A DNA stretch of 64,000 bases from an uncultured Bacteroidales bacterium (lineage in GTDB: Bacteria; Bacteroidota; Bacteroidia; Bacteroidales; VadinHA17). A model generated the notes under the pieces. It was given only the letters and a program-made list of their open reading frames with translations. It was not told the origin of the DNA and did no database searches. Location: the NCBI GenBank assembly GCA_963698535.1, contig CAVORD010000002.1:10900-74899 (forward strand), in the 5' to 3' direction. This document shows, one piece after another, positions 7,356-18,595 of this stretch (position 1 is the first letter of the stretch; the number at the start of each line of letters is the position of its first letter). A program made the position numbers and the translations under genes.

Positions 7356-9731
7356 CTATCTGCCTCCGTTAACAGGGTTGGCATCCATCGCGTACATGCC
7401 TCTCCCGTGAGTGGCAATTACAATTATATTGTCGCGGGGGTGGATTATCAGATCGTGAACATAGCATGTAGGCAGATTGCCTCCCAGCACCTCCCAGCTC
7501 TTGCCTTCGTTAAGAGATACGTAAGCTCCCACATCGGTACCTGCATAGAGTATTTCCTTTTTAATGGGATCTTCTCTTATCACGTTTACTGTTCCCAGAG
7601 GAATATTGGCTGAAATATCTTTCCATGTTTTTCCATAGTCGGTTGACATCCATACATAAACGGTAAAATCATCATCTCTTTTACCATTCTGGGTCATGTA
7701 AACCGTACCCTCCTCGAAGGCGGAGGCGACAATTCTTGAGATCCATCTGTCGGGAGCGATACCTTCAACGATTTCGGTCCATTCGCCACCGTCATTCATG
7801 GTAACCCATACCCTTCCATCGTCGGTGCCAACATATATAAGTCCCTGCTTCAACGGTGATTCAGATACTGAGGTTATGGTCTGGTGCTTAACGTCACCTG
7901 CGTGAGCGGGGTTATTGTGTGACAGATCGGGGCTTATTCTCTTCCATGATTCTCCCTGATCATCAGACTTAAAGAGATATTGCATACCATGATAAATGGT
8001 TTTGGAGTTATGCGGTGAGAGGGTAAATGCGGCCAGCCACTCACCTCTCAAGGGTGGTTCACCTTCTCCTGCAACAGGAACGATATTCTTACTGGTTGAC
8101 GGTCTGATAAATTGCATCATCTTACCATCCCTGCCCATTCTTTCCATCGTGTCGGGTTTACTGTAATCATCACGGGTAAGTGTCCCGTAGAAACCTGCTG
8201 AATAGACAATATTTGGATCGAGCGGGTCTATTGCATGGTTAGATCCTTCTCCGCCCGGTGCATTTTGCCACTCTACTGCCGGAATACTATCTCTTCCGTT
8301 AGCAAGAATAACCTCTCCCCTTCTGCTTCCGTGGTCCTGAACCGATCCGTATACCCTGAATGGCGTTGCCATGTCGTAGTTTACATTGAAAAACTGAACA
8401 GCGTTCAATTTTGTGTATGAACTGTTCCATGTAGCCCCGCCATCATTAGTGATATGCACACCCTGGTCATTATTACATACCATGAATTTATTATCCTGCG
8501 GATCGATCCACAAACCATGGTTGTCGCCGCCTGCATTCTGGAAATTTTCCCAGGTTTTCCCTCCGTCCTTCGATACAGCCATCCTTACTCCCATTATGTA
8601 GAGTGTATTCTCATCGGTGGGGTCGACAGTGATCTGACCGAACACCCATCCATAGGTATTACTCAATCGCTGCAGCAGAGGATCATCAAGGGCGGTCACA
8701 CGAGTCCATGTATCACCCTTATCATCTGACCTGAAAACCTGAGCCCCCCGAATGAAGCCACATGATGGCAAACCGTACGGATTGCTAATCTCTTCTTCCG
8801 TAGGCTCTCTTACCACCTCGTAATCATCTATATAGGCATACAAAACATTTGGGTTGGTAAGGGAGATATCGACACCGATCCTGCCTCGATACTGTGGAGA
8901 CATCAGCCCGTTTGATATTTCAATCCATGTCTTACCACCATCGGTCGACTTATGGATTGAGCATCCTGTGTAACCGGGCTCAGTTCTTGGATCATTCCAC
9001 TTCTTTCTTACCCTCTGCCATGTTGCAGCGTAAATAATATTTGGATCGGAAGGATCCATATCTACATCGATAACACCTGTCAACTCATCTTTCTGTAGTA
9101 TCGCCGACCATGTTTTACCACCATCGGTGGTCATATAGAGTCCTCTATCCTTATTTGGTGTCCATTCATTGCCGGATACTCCTACATATACTATATCCGG
9201 GTTTTCGGGGTGAATAATGATCCTCGATATCGTGTTTGAGTTCTCCAGACCCATGTGGGTAAAAGTTACTCCTCCATCGGTCGATTTATAGATACCATTA
9301 CCGGCATGAGAACTTCTGAAAATATTAGATTCACCTGTACCGACCCATATAATATCTTTATTGGTTGGAGCTATTGCAATATCACCGATCGATGAGGATG
9401 CTTCCTTTTCAAAAATAGGACTCCAGGTCTCTCCGTTATCGACAGTTTTCCATACTCCACCCGATGCGCTTGCGGTTAAGATATAATCTCTTTCGGGAGA
9501 TACAGCAGCATCGGTCATTCTGCCACTTGTGTTTTTAGGACCCAGAAACTGCCAGTTAAGATTCGCAAAAGTGGAATTCTTTTCCATTACAAGATGCCTG
9601 TTAAAGGCATTTAGTCGCTCTTTACCATCCTTGAGCAACACCTTCTCTTTAGGGGTGCAGGATGAAATAATGATCAGGGTTAGTAATAAAAGGAACAATC
9701 CTGATTTAATTTTCCAGTACTTCATTTTCAA
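7356..9731 (-). CDS. BNR/Asp-box repeat (sortilin/VPS10-like) lipoprotein
   Basis: At least 10 SxDxGxTW-type Asp-boxes (TVDNGETW, STDGGVTF, TTDGGKTW, STDGGKTW, SDDKGDTW, SKDGGKTW, TNDGGATW, SDDQGESW, STDYGKTW, LNEGKSW). Lipoprotein signal ...LIIISSC. Confidence 0.75.
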   Translation of the reverse strand: MKMKYWKIKSGLFLLLLTLIIISSCTPKEKVLLKDGKERLNAFNRHLVMEKNSTFANLNWQFLGPKNTSGRMTDAAVSPERDYILTASASGGVWKTVDNGETWSPIFEKEASSSIGDIAIAPTNKDIIWVGTGESNIFRSSHAGNGIYKSTDGGVTFTHMGLENSNTISRIIIHPENPDIVYVGVSGNEWTPNKDRGLYMTTDGGKTWSAILQKDELTGVIDVDMDPSDPNIIYAATWQRVRKKWNDPRTEPGYTGCSIHKSTDGGKTWIEISNGLMSPQYRGRIGVDISLTNPNVLYAYIDDYEVVREPTEEEISNPYGLPSCGFIRGAQVFRSDDKGDTWTRVTALDDPLLQRLSNTYGWVFGQITVDPTDENTLYIMGVRMAVSKDGGKTWENFQNAGGDNHGLWIDPQDNKFMVCNNDQGVHITNDGGATWNSSYTKLNAVQFFNVNYDMATPFRVYGSVQDHGSRRGEVILANGRDSIPAVEWQNAPGGEGSNHAIDPLDPNIVYSAGFYGTLTRDDYSKPDTMERMGRDGKMMQFIRPSTSKNIVPVAGEGEPPLRGEWLAAFTLSPHNSKTIYHGMQYLFKSDDQGESWKRISPDLSHNNPAHAGDVKHQTITSVSESPLKQGLIYVGTDDGRVWVTMNDGGEWTEIVEGIAPDRWISRIVASAFEEGTVYMTQNGKRDDDFTVYVWMSTDYGKTWKDISANIPLGTVNVIREDPIKKEILYAGTDVGAYVSLNEGKSWEVLGGNLPTCYVHDLIIHPRDNIIVIATHGRGMYAMDANPVNGGR

Positions 9732-10072
9732 TTGTTTTAGGATTAATTGTTGATTTTTGACTTATGTGTTAATAGTATAATTATTAATTACTTAAAGATC
9801 ACAGGCATCTGACATCACAACTTCTTGTCTTCAGTTCCATATAACAATGATCTAATTTAAGTAAAAGAATGGAAAGAGAAAGTGTCAATAACCACTAAAG
9901 CTGAATTCAGACCTGTAATCAGGGTCTATTTGAATATGGCAAATTATTTATATGGAGAAGAAATGTAATCAGGATATTAATGATACTTTCAAACTTAGAA
10001 CAACATTCCCTTATATTAGGAACAATTTGATAACTTTATCATCGTTTTCAGATATAACTTAAGCAGACAAAG

Positions 10073-11644
10073 ATGGCAGAGAAGAGTAATGGATTTGGCA
10101 CAGCACCGGTATTTTTTACAGCAATATCCACAATTCTTGGTGCAATACTTTTTTTACGATTCGGATATGCAGTGGGCACATTAGGATTCTGGGGGGTTGT
10201 TTTAATTATTCTTCTTGGCCACATGGTTACTATTCCAACAGCCCTGGCTATATCTGAACTGGCAACGAACAAACGTGTAGAAGGTGGCGGAGAGTATTTT
10301 ATCATATCCCGCTCTTTCGGTCTTAATATCGGAGCCACCATAGGTATAGCCCTCTATCTTTCTCAGGCTATAAGTGTTGCCTTTTATATTATTGCCTTCA
10401 CGGAAGCTTTTGAGTTTTTTTTCAATCACGCTGCGGCGGTATGGGGTCTTGAACTCCCGAGGCAGGTGATCAGCATACCCGCAACCCTGCTACTAGGAGC
10501 CCTGATACTAATAAAAGGGGCAAATCTTGGGGTCAAGGCTCTTTATGTCGTTATCGCTATACTCTTTGTTTCCCTAATTGCCTTCTTCGCCGGGTCAACG
10601 GATCATGCAGCTACTTCCAGTTTTAATTTTCTGAATGCAGATTTCAGGAATACCGAGAGTTTCTTCATTGTTTTTGCCATTGTTTTCCCTGCTTTTACCG
10701 GCATGACGGCAGGAGTAGGTCTTTCAGGCGACCTGAAGAATCCTGCCAAATCGATACCTATAGGTACAACAGTGGCAACTGTTTCCGGCTTGATCATTTA
10801 CCTTTTTATATCCTACAAACTGGCCCTCTCGGCAAGTCCGGAAGATCTTGTAGGAGATCAGCTCATAATGTCTAAAATAGCCCTTGGCGGAGTCTATCTC
10901 ATCCCTATCGGATTAGCAGCCTCAACCATCTCTTCGGCGCTGGGATCAGTAATGGTAGCACCCCGAACTCTTCAGGCTCTGGCCAACGACAGATCGTTTC
11001 CTTCGATCTTCATGAACAGATGGCTCGGCAAGGGTCGTGCTCTTGACGGTGAACCAACAAACGCAGCTTTCATAACCCTCGTAATAGCACTGGTATTTGT
11101 CGCAATGGGTAATGTTAATGCTGTTGCAGAGGTTATTTCAATGTTCTTTATGGTTACCTACGGATCTCTTTGTCTTATCTCTTTTCTTAACCATTTTGGT
11201 TCCAGCCCGTCGTACAGGCCTTCATTCAAGTCGAAATGGTACTTTTCGCTGGCCGGGTTTATTGTATCGTTATGGGTGATGTTCAAAATTAATACCCCAT
11301 ATGCGGTAGCCGCCATAACAATTATGACCCTTGTATATCTCTATATCGACAATTATCATAAAGAGCGACAGGGCCTCGAATCTCTTTTTGCCAACTCCAT
11401 CTTCCAGCTTAACAGGAATCTGCAGGTTTATCTCCAGCGGTCCTCGGCCAGTGCAAAGTCGAAGGAATGGAGACCCAGTGCAATATGTATCTCTAAATCA
11501 TCATTTGAAAGAGCCACGGCCTTTAAGCTGCTTAACTGGATATCATATAAGTATGGCTTTGGTACCTATCTTCACAGGATTGAAGGTTACTATTCAAAAG
11601 CTACCAACGACCAGGCCAAGGAGGAGCTTGCACGAGGCTGTTAA
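10073..11644 (+). CDS. Cation:chloride cotransporter (SLC12/APC superfamily)-like permease, membrane domain; truncated by a frame change
   Basis: The N-terminus FGTAPVFFTAISTILGAILFLRFGYAVG and about 12 hydrophobic segments are typical of SLC12-type APC transporters. The reading frame continues in another frame from about 11630. Confidence 0.7.
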   Translation: MAEKSNGFGTAPVFFTAISTILGAILFLRFGYAVGTLGFWGVVLIILLGHMVTIPTALAISELATNKRVEGGGEYFIISRSFGLNIGATIGIALYLSQAISVAFYIIAFTEAFEFFFNHAAAVWGLELPRQVISIPATLLLGALILIKGANLGVKALYVVIAILFVSLIAFFAGSTDHAATSSFNFLNADFRNTESFFIVFAIVFPAFTGMTAGVGLSGDLKNPAKSIPIGTTVATVSGLIIYLFISYKLALSASPEDLVGDQLIMSKIALGGVYLIPIGLAASTISSALGSVMVAPRTLQALANDRSFPSIFMNRWLGKGRALDGEPTNAAFITLVIALVFVAMGNVNAVAEVISMFFMVTYGSLCLISFLNHFGSSPSYRPSFKSKWYFSLAGFIVSLWVMFKINTPYAVAAITIMTLVYLYIDNYHKERQGLESLFANSIFQLNRNLQVYLQRSSASAKSKEWRPSAICISKSSFERATAFKLLNWISYKYGFGTYLHRIEGYYSKATNDQAKEELARGC

Positions 11645-11748
11645 AGTCGTTCAGCCATATCCAGAACCATGTTTATGTTGACACACTCATATCGCCCTCA
11701 TATACTTCTGCCATTGCTCAGGCTATTCAGTTACCCGGAATATCGGGT

Positions 11749-12294
11749 ATGGAAAACAACCTTGTTCTGTTCGAATACAATAAGAATTCAGCTGAGGAAC
11801 TTCCTGAAATAGTTGATAACTATTCAATGGTAAATGCCGGTAGTTTTGATGTTTGCCTGCTTGCCACCTCACACAAGGAGATGAACTATTTCAATGGCAT
11901 CCATGTCTGGATAAGGTCGGCCGACACCGACAATGCCAACCTGATGATTCTCATCAGTTTCATTGTATCGGGTCATCCCGACTGGAAAGGAACCTCAATC
12001 AAGATATTTGAACTTTGCAAAAAGGATCAGCTTGAAGAGACAAGAGCTACTGTCGAGGAGTTGCTGGAGACAGGAAGGCTTCCTATCACAAAGAAGAATA
12101 TTGAAATAATAGTAGAGGATCCGGATATTCCTACAAAAGATATAATCAACCAGAAATCGAAGGATGCGGCTCTTACCATAATGGGATTCAGAGGTGAGAA
12201 CCTTAAGGCTCTGGGGACGACCATATTTGAGGGATATGATGATCTGGGGACGATACTCTTTGTAAATGCTCACTCACAGAAGGAGATCAACTAA
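11749..12294 (+). CDS. C-terminal cytoplasmic domain of the same SLC12-like transporter (first ATG of the shifted frame)
   Basis: This frame is open from about 11631 and reads TRLLKSFSHIQNHVYVDTLISPSYTSAIAQAIQLPGISGMENNLVLFEY..., which joins smoothly to ...DQAKEELA of the upstream ORF. Confidence 0.65.
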   Translation: MENNLVLFEYNKNSAEELPEIVDNYSMVNAGSFDVCLLATSHKEMNYFNGIHVWIRSADTDNANLMILISFIVSGHPDWKGTSIKIFELCKKDQLEETRATVEELLETGRLPITKKNIEIIVEDPDIPTKDIINQKSKDAALTIMGFRGENLKALGTTIFEGYDDLGTILFVNAHSQKEIN

Positions 12295-12296
12295 AC

Positions 12297-14906
12297 TTAT
12301 TTTAGAGCTTTCCGGATATTATAGAGTTTGTTTAGTGCCTCCATTGGTGTAAGATTATCAATATCGAGATTTGCTATCTCGTCTCTTATCTGTTTAAGAA
12401 CGGGATCGTCGAGTTGGTAGAAACTGAGTTGAACGCCCTCTCTTTTGTCGCCAATTTCGGCAACCGGCTTGGCCAGTTCATTTCGTTCCAATCCTTTCTC
12501 AAGCTCAAGAAGTATCTCGTCGGCTCTTTTGATGACGCTTTTGGGCATACCAGCCATCCGTGCCACATGAATACCAAAGCTATGTTCACTACCTCCCTTC
12601 TTCAGCTTGCGCATGAAGACTATCTTATTCTCCAGTTCTTTTATCGAGACGTTGTAATTCCTGATCCTCGAGAATGAATTCTCCATCTCATTCAGCTCGT
12701 GGTAGTGTGTTGCAAAGAGAGTTTTGGCCTTCATCTTATGCTCATGGATGAATTCAACCATTGCCCAGGCTATGGAGATACCGTCGTATGTGCTGGTCCC
12801 TCGGCCTATCTCATCAAGTAATACAAGGCTTCTCCCCGAAAGGTTGTTTAGAATACTTGCTGCCTCATTCATCTCTACCATGAATGTTGATTCTCCGAGG
12901 CTTAGGTTATCGGATGCACCAACCCGGGTAAATATTTTATCCACAATTCCAATTGTAGCTGCAGAGGCAGGAACAAAGCAACCCGATTGTGCCATAATAA
13001 CGATAAGGGCCGTTTGCCGTAACAGGGCTGATTTACCCGACATGTTAGGGCCGGTAAGTATAATAACCTGCTGTTCGGTGGTGTCGAGAAAAATATCATT
13101 TGGAATATATGGTTCACCGGGCGGCAGTACTCTCTCTATTACCGGATGCCGTCCGTCTTTAATGTCAAGAATATCAGTATCATCAAGCACCGGCCGGCAA
13201 TAATCGTATTTGATTGATATCTCAGAAAAGGAGTAGAGGCAATCGAGTCGCGCAATAATCGACCCATTGAGCTGGATAGCCGGAATAAATTCACCTATCT
13301 CCACTACCAGATCCTGGAAGAGTCTGCTCTCGATAGCGAGGATTTTCTCTTCAGCACCAAGTATCTTATTCTCATACTCTTTCAGTTCTTCTGTAATATA
13401 TCGTTCAGCACTTACGAGTGTCTGTTTGCGCGTCCAATCCTCCGGCACCTTATCCTTATGAGTATTCCTTACCTCGATATAGTAGCCAAATACATTATTG
13501 AAACCTATTTTAAGACTGGTAATACCTGTTCGCTCAATTTCGCGCTGCTGCATTGCAAGCAGGAAATCCTTGCCTGTTCTGAGTATACTTCTCAGCTCGT
13601 CGAGATCGGCTGATACTCCGGGGGCTATAACATCTCCCTTGCCTATCCCTATCGCCGGTTCTTCAACCAGGACCTCTCCTATTCTTGCAGAGAGAGAGGA
13701 ACAGGGATCAAGCTGTTCCCCTGCTTTTACCAGTGGCTTGCAATTGCCCGACATACATAACTGCCTCATTACCGGGATCACCAGCAGGGCTCTCTTAAGT
13801 TGCCCTACCTCTCTCGGGTTAATCTTTGCTGTAGCCACCTTCGATATCAAACGTTCCAGATCGCCAACCTGCCCTATCATTTTGGCCAGAGCTTCTCTTG
13901 TCTCCTCCCCGGAAATAAGATATTCAACTATATCGAGCCGTTCATTGAGAGGTGTTATCTCCTTTAGTGGCAGTGCGATCCAGCGTTTCAGCAATCGTCC
14001 GCCCATTGGAGAAACGGTTTTGTCAAGAACGCCAAGTAGTGTACTGGCTCCCTCATATGGAGAATAGAAGAGTTCAAGGTTCCTGATGGTGAACTTATCG
14101 AGCCACATATAGTTTTCCTGCTCAATGCGTGTCACCCGTGTTATGTGGCTTAAACCCTCGTGCTGGGTAAGGTCGAGATAGAAGAGTACCGCACCGGCAG
14201 CAATAATACCCATGGACAGTCCATGGATACCAAAGCCCTTAAGAGAAGTTGTTCCAAACTGTTTCAGGAGTCTGTCGTTTGCTGCATCGGAGGTAAATAT
14301 CCAGTCGTCGAGTTTGAAGGTATAGTATTTACCTGCGAAATGCTCACTGAATGACTGTGACTGTCGCTTTTCATAGAGGACCTCTTTGGGCCTGAATGTG
14401 CTTATTAGCTGCTCAACATACTCCACAGATCCTTCAGCGATCATAAACTCACCTGTAGAGATATCAAGGAATGCAATACCTGCCATTGTACGATCGATAT
14501 GCACCGCAGCGAGGAAGTTATTTTCCTTGTGGTTAAGAACGTTATCGTGGAGTGATAATCCCGGAGTGACAAGCTCGGTTATACCTCGCTTAACAATATT
14601 CCTGGTAAGCTTAGGGTCTTCGAGTTGCTCACATATAGCCACCCGGAAACCGGCTCTCACCAGTTTGGGGAGGTATGTGTCGAGGGCATGATATGGGAAG
14701 CCGGCAAGTTCAACAAATGAGGCCGCTCCGTTTGCACGGCGCGTGAGAGTGATACCCAGAGCATCGGCGGCCTTAATGGCGTCATCGCCAAACGTTTCAT
14801 AGAAGTCGCCCACCCTGAAAAGCAACAGCGCATCAGGGTGTTTAGCCTTGATATTGTAGTATTGCTTCATCAAAGGAGTATCGGCGTACTTCTGCTTTTC
14901 TGTCAT
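12297..14906 (-). CDS. mutS: DNA mismatch repair protein MutS
   Basis: 869 aa. N-terminus [30 protein letters not shown]. Walker [29 protein letters not shown]. Confidence 0.97.
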   Translation of the reverse strand: MTEKQKYADTPLMKQYYNIKAKHPDALLLFRVGDFYETFGDDAIKAADALGITLTRRANGAASFVELAGFPYHALDTYLPKLVRAGFRVAICEQLEDPKLTRNIVKRGITELVTPGLSLHDNVLNHKENNFLAAVHIDRTMAGIAFLDISTGEFMIAEGSVEYVEQLISTFRPKEVLYEKRQSQSFSEHFAGKYYTFKLDDWIFTSDAANDRLLKQFGTTSLKGFGIHGLSMGIIAAGAVLFYLDLTQHEGLSHITRVTRIEQENYMWLDKFTIRNLELFYSPYEGASTLLGVLDKTVSPMGGRLLKRWIALPLKEITPLNERLDIVEYLISGEETREALAKMIGQVGDLERLISKVATAKINPREVGQLKRALLVIPVMRQLCMSGNCKPLVKAGEQLDPCSSLSARIGEVLVEEPAIGIGKGDVIAPGVSADLDELRSILRTGKDFLLAMQQREIERTGITSLKIGFNNVFGYYIEVRNTHKDKVPEDWTRKQTLVSAERYITEELKEYENKILGAEEKILAIESRLFQDLVVEIGEFIPAIQLNGSIIARLDCLYSFSEISIKYDYCRPVLDDTDILDIKDGRHPVIERVLPPGEPYIPNDIFLDTTEQQVIILTGPNMSGKSALLRQTALIVIMAQSGCFVPASAATIGIVDKIFTRVGASDNLSLGESTFMVEMNEAASILNNLSGRSLVLLDEIGRGTSTYDGISIAWAMVEFIHEHKMKAKTLFATHYHELNEMENSFSRIRNYNVSIKELENKIVFMRKLKKGGSEHSFGIHVARMAGMPKSVIKRADEILLELEKGLERNELAKPVAEIGDKREGVQLSFYQLDDPVLKQIRDEIANLDIDNLTPMEALNKLYNIRKALK

Positions 14907-14950
14907 AAGATCAAAGGGGTATCAACTGCATTAATTACTCTCATGAACAA

Positions 14951-14958
14951 CAAATATA
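14951..14958 (-). promoter_or_regulatory. Bacteroidota-type -7 promoter box (TAnnTTTG) upstream of mutS
   Basis: The minus strand reads TATATTTG, 45 nt upstream of the mutS ATG. Confidence 0.4.
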
Positions 14959-15089
14959 CAAAGGCACATCTTATTAAAGGAATCGGAGAGTGCTTTTCTT
15001 TAATGATAATAAAAAGAAAAATAATAGTGGCAATTATCATTGTTGACGAGAATTTAACTCTATACATTTAGCCTGAAATTCAACTGAAA

Positions 15090-16418
15090 ATGATGAAGAG
15101 AGTACTGATTCTCGGAGCCGGCATGGTGGCAAAACCAATGATAGAATATCTGTTAGAGAAAGGTATTACAATAACTGTTGCCTCTCCTATGGATCAGCGG
15201 GCAACAGAAATGATTGCAGGAAATCCGCTTGGGAAATCTGTAAAATGGTCGAGCAATGAGAGGGATCAGCTTGAATCGATGATTGCGGAGCATGATGTTG
15301 TTGTTAGCCTGCTGCCTTATAAGCTGCACGGGCAGATAGCCAGCGTCTGTCTGAAATATAAGAAGCACCTGGTAACAACCTCCTATGTCCAGCCCGAAAT
15401 AGCTGCCATGAATGATGAGGCAGTTGCTGCGGGCGTTTTATTTATGAACGAAATAGGCCTTGATCCGGGTATAGATCATATGTCGGCCATGAAGATCATC
15501 GACAGGGTCCATGACAAAGGTGGGAAGATAGTTGATTTCTACTCTATTTGCGGCGCTCTCCCTGCTCCTGAAGCAGCAAACAATCCCTTTGGCTATAAAT
15601 TCTCATGGAGTCCTAAAGGGGTGATCCTGGCGAGTAAAAACAGCGGGTCATACCTTAAAAACGGAGTTAAGATCAATATCCCACCGGAAGATCTGTTTAA
15701 AGACAGGTTCAATCTTGATTTCCCTGAAGTAGGTATACTCGATGTATATCCGAATCGCGACTCCATCAGCTATATTGACATTTATAATATTGAAGAGGTA
15801 AAAACGATATACAGAGGCACTTTCAGGCATCGGGGATGGTGCGAATTACTTGATGTAATAAAGGCGCTAAACCTCCTCGACGATCAGGAAAAAGATTATT
15901 CAGGTAAGAGTTACGCTGAGCTCGTGGAAATGCAAAGTGGTCTTTCCATTGCACAGATTCGCGGTTCGGAGGGTGCCCGATATGGCATTACAGATAAGGT
16001 TATCAAAGCCTTTGAGTGGCTCGGTCTGATCGGCAAAGAAGCAATGGGGTATGAAAAATCATCATCTTTTGAGATCGTTTCAGATCTGATGATAGGCAGG
16101 ATGATACTCGGAGATAATGAGCGTGACATGGTTGCCCTTAAGCATCTTTTCTATGCTTCCTACCCTGACGGAAAAGATGAGGTTATTATTTCAACAATGC
16201 TCGATTTCGGTACACCGGCACAAAATACTGCAGTAGCGCGTACTGTTGCTTTACCGGCTGCCATCTGTGTAAGGAATATTCTCGAAGGCAATATTTCAAT
16301 AACCGGCGTCCATCGCCCTGTAATGAAAGAGGTCTACCTCCCTGTTCTCGAAGAACTTGAGCAGCTTGGCATCAGAATGACGGAGGAGTTTGGTCTTTCT
16401 TCGGAAAACAGGATATGA
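15090..16418 (+). CDS. Saccharopine dehydrogenase (LYS9-like, NADP-dependent) family protein
   Basis: Rossmann N-terminus VLILGAGMVAKP. GLDPGIDHM. NPFGYKFSWSPKGV. Confidence 0.85.
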   Translation: MMKRVLILGAGMVAKPMIEYLLEKGITITVASPMDQRATEMIAGNPLGKSVKWSSNERDQLESMIAEHDVVVSLLPYKLHGQIASVCLKYKKHLVTTSYVQPEIAAMNDEAVAAGVLFMNEIGLDPGIDHMSAMKIIDRVHDKGGKIVDFYSICGALPAPEAANNPFGYKFSWSPKGVILASKNSGSYLKNGVKINIPPEDLFKDRFNLDFPEVGILDVYPNRDSISYIDIYNIEEVKTIYRGTFRHRGWCELLDVIKALNLLDDQEKDYSGKSYAELVEMQSGLSIAQIRGSEGARYGITDKVIKAFEWLGLIGKEAMGYEKSSSFEIVSDLMIGRMILGDNERDMVALKHLFYASYPDGKDEVIISTMLDFGTPAQNTAVARTVALPAAICVRNILEGNISITGVHRPVMKEVYLPVLEELEQLGIRMTEEFGLSSENRI

Positions 16419-16419
16419 T

Positions 16420-17133
16420 CTACCTGTCGAGGTAAAAGTCATGGGTAAGGTCTGAATATTCCTTGCTGTATATATGCCGGCCTCCGCTCTCGATAACCAG
16501 AAAACGTGATTTGAGCTCCTCTCTGGATTTACGAAAAGCAAGAAGTAACCTCTTCACTTCCGACTCAGGTGTTGGCTTCACCTTTATCATCTCATAGCAA
16601 TAAAGACCATGATTTGCGGCTTCGGCAACGGCAACCATTCCCTCCGCATATGGCAGCACCATACAGAGACGTCCGGAATCATTCAACAACACCGCAGCTG
16701 ATCTGAAAATGGTTTCGTGCGTTAACGTTATTGTATGCCTTGCCCGGGCCTCCCTGCTGTCGGGGTTAATAAGGCTTTTGCTGAAAAAAGGAGGGTTGGT
16801 AACAATAAGGTCGAATTTATCCTGACATTTTTCAGCAAAAGAGTGCAGATCGGTTCTTTCAACACATATTCTATCCTGCCATCCGGAATTTTTCACATTT
16901 TCGCACGCTTGCCGGAATGATCCTTCATCCGGCTCAATAGCGGTAATGAGTGCGGAGGATCTCTGTGCCAGCATAAGTGCTATCAGTCCTGTACCTGTAC
17001 CCACATCGAGTGCATTTGTTACATCATTCATATCGGCCCATGCTCCGAGCAGAACACCATCGGTACCAACCTTAAAAGATGTATCGGCCTGTTGGATTGA
17101 AAATTGCTTAAATCGGAAGATGTTACCGCCCAT
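16420..17133 (-). CDS. tRNA (adenine-N6)-methyltransferase, YfiC/TrmN6-like
   Basis: FRFKQFSIQQ....FKVGTDGVLLGAWA. SAM motif DVGTGTGLIALMLAQR. Catalytic DLIVTNPPFF. Confidence 0.8.
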   Translation of the reverse strand: MGGNIFRFKQFSIQQADTSFKVGTDGVLLGAWADMNDVTNALDVGTGTGLIALMLAQRSSALITAIEPDEGSFRQACENVKNSGWQDRICVERTDLHSFAEKCQDKFDLIVTNPPFFSKSLINPDSREARARHTITLTHETIFRSAAVLLNDSGRLCMVLPYAEGMVAVAEAANHGLYCYEMIKVKPTPESEVKRLLLAFRKSREELKSRFLVIESGGRHIYSKEYSDLTHDFYLDR

Positions 17134-17135
17134 TG

Positions 17136-17930
17136 CTAAAATTCTTCATTCACACCAAGTCCGAACAGGGCAAAATCATATCTGACAGGATCGGTGGGGT
17201 CAAATTCTCTGAGAACAGATGTCAGTTCATCCACTGCTTTCCAGTCGTTCTGTTTCCTTGTCAGCATACCCAGTTTCCGGGCTGTGTTCCCTGAATGAAG
17301 GTCGAGGGGTATAAAAAGACCGGCTTGAGGAATCCTCTCCCAGATTCCGAAATCTACTCCCCGGTTATCCTTCCTGACCATCCACCTGAGGTACATGTTC
17401 AGGCGCTTCCCGGCGGCACCTGAGTTTACATTAGCAAAGTGTTTTCCGCTTCTCAGAGGTGTTTCACCAAAGAAGAACTTCTCTCTGAACGATGCCAGTC
17501 CTTCCTTAACGTCTCCTCCGGAGTCGATAGCTGCAACGAATATATCTTCGGGCGATTCATATCGTGCATAGAAATTTCTCAGGCATAATATAAAAGTGAC
17601 GCAGTCGATCCCATTAAATGTTCTGTAGACAAAATTTTTCAGCCTGCCTATCTGGTTCTGATCTGCAGTCATCACAAAATCATAAGGAGAGGAACCCATA
17701 AGGTCCATCAGGTTATTGGCACTTCTAAGTATAAGGTCCCTTCTTCCCCAGGCGATCGTGGCAGTGAGGAACCCGGAAATCTCTATATCTTGTTTTAATG
17801 AGAATTTATGGGGTATCGAAACAGGATCAGGGCCAATAAACTCATGGTTGTTGAACCTGTCGCTCTTTTCGTCGAGGAAAGCTTTAAGCTCCTGCCTGTC
17901 GGGGAAAGGTAATTTACTTACTCCTGTCAT
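17136..17930 (-). CDS. Conserved hypothetical protein, TIGR02757/DUF2400-like
   Basis: The family assignment is from memory of its size and motifs (DPV..PH.F....DIEI.GF..A..AWG.R). It was not verified by a search. Confidence 0.45.
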   Translation of the reverse strand: MTGVSKLPFPDRQELKAFLDEKSDRFNNHEFIGPDPVSIPHKFSLKQDIEISGFLTATIAWGRRDLILRSANNLMDLMGSSPYDFVMTADQNQIGRLKNFVYRTFNGIDCVTFILCLRNFYARYESPEDIFVAAIDSGGDVKEGLASFREKFFFGETPLRSGKHFANVNSGAAGKRLNMYLRWMVRKDNRGVDFGIWERIPQAGLFIPLDLHSGNTARKLGMLTRKQNDWKAVDELTSVLREFDPTDPVRYDFALFGLGVNEEF

Positions 17931-18579
17931 CGATTATAAGGCCGTCGCGGATCTCAATGATCCTGTCTGACATTTCCGCCAGCGAGCGGTCGTGGGTAAC
18001 AATTAATATAGTCTGGCCGAAGGTGTCGCGGAGGTCGAAAAAGAGTTTGTGAAGCTCGTCCTTGTTCTTACTGTCGAGGTTACCTGACGGCTCATCGGCC
18101 AGAATAAGAGAGGGATTGTTGACCAGCGCCCTCGCTACGGCGACACGCTGCTGTTCGCCGCCGCTCAGCTCCGAGGGTTTATGGTCTTCTCTGTCGGCCA
18201 GCTTAAGAAAACCGAGTAATTCCCGGGCTCTCTTTTCTGATTCATCTCTGCCCTTACCTGCAATATAGGCGGGGATGCAAATATTTTCGAGTGCTGTGAA
18301 TTCAGGTAATAACTGATGGAACTGAAATACGAACCCAATATTGCTGTTCCGGAAAGAGGCCAGCTGTTTTCCCTTATATTTTGATATGTCCTGCTCTTCA
18401 TAGAATACCGATCCGGAATCTGCCCTGTCGAGGGTTCCGATTATCTGAAGCAGCGTTGTTTTGCCGGCCCCACTGGCTCCGACAATTGAAACTATCTCAC
18501 TCTTTCCTATGGTCAGATCGATCCCTTTCAGAACCTTAAGCTCACCGTACGACTTCTTTATACCATCTACTCTGATCAT
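17914..18579 (-). CDS. ABC transporter ATP-binding protein, LolD/MacB-ATPase-like
   Basis: Walker [10 protein letters not shown]. Signature [15 protein letters not shown]. Walker [14 protein letters not shown]-loop VTHD. Confidence 0.85.
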   Translation of the reverse strand: MIRVDGIKKSYGELKVLKGIDLTIGKSEIVSIVGASGAGKTTLLQIIGTLDRADSGSVFYEEQDISKYKGKQLASFRNSNIGFVFQFHQLLPEFTALENICIPAYIAGKGRDESEKRARELLGFLKLADREDHKPSELSGGEQQRVAVARALVNNPSLILADEPSGNLDSKNKDELHKLFFDLRDTFGQTILIVTHDRSLAEMSDRIIEIRDGLIIDDRSK

Positions 18580-18595
18580 TTTCTAAATATAGCTG

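Noticed and set aside
12414-14691. Several 60-190-aa plus-strand ORFs inside mutS (for example 12724..13203 and 13498..14067).
   Set aside because: They are antisense to a complete, clearly conserved gene. Their translations are Ser/Pro/Arg/Ile-rich with no motifs, which is typical of shadow ORFs. The same applies to ORFs antisense to valS (53639..55902), secDF, the CaCA antiporter (19056..19553), HlyD (26507..26992), glmM (28773..29252), the M14 genes and the adhesin.
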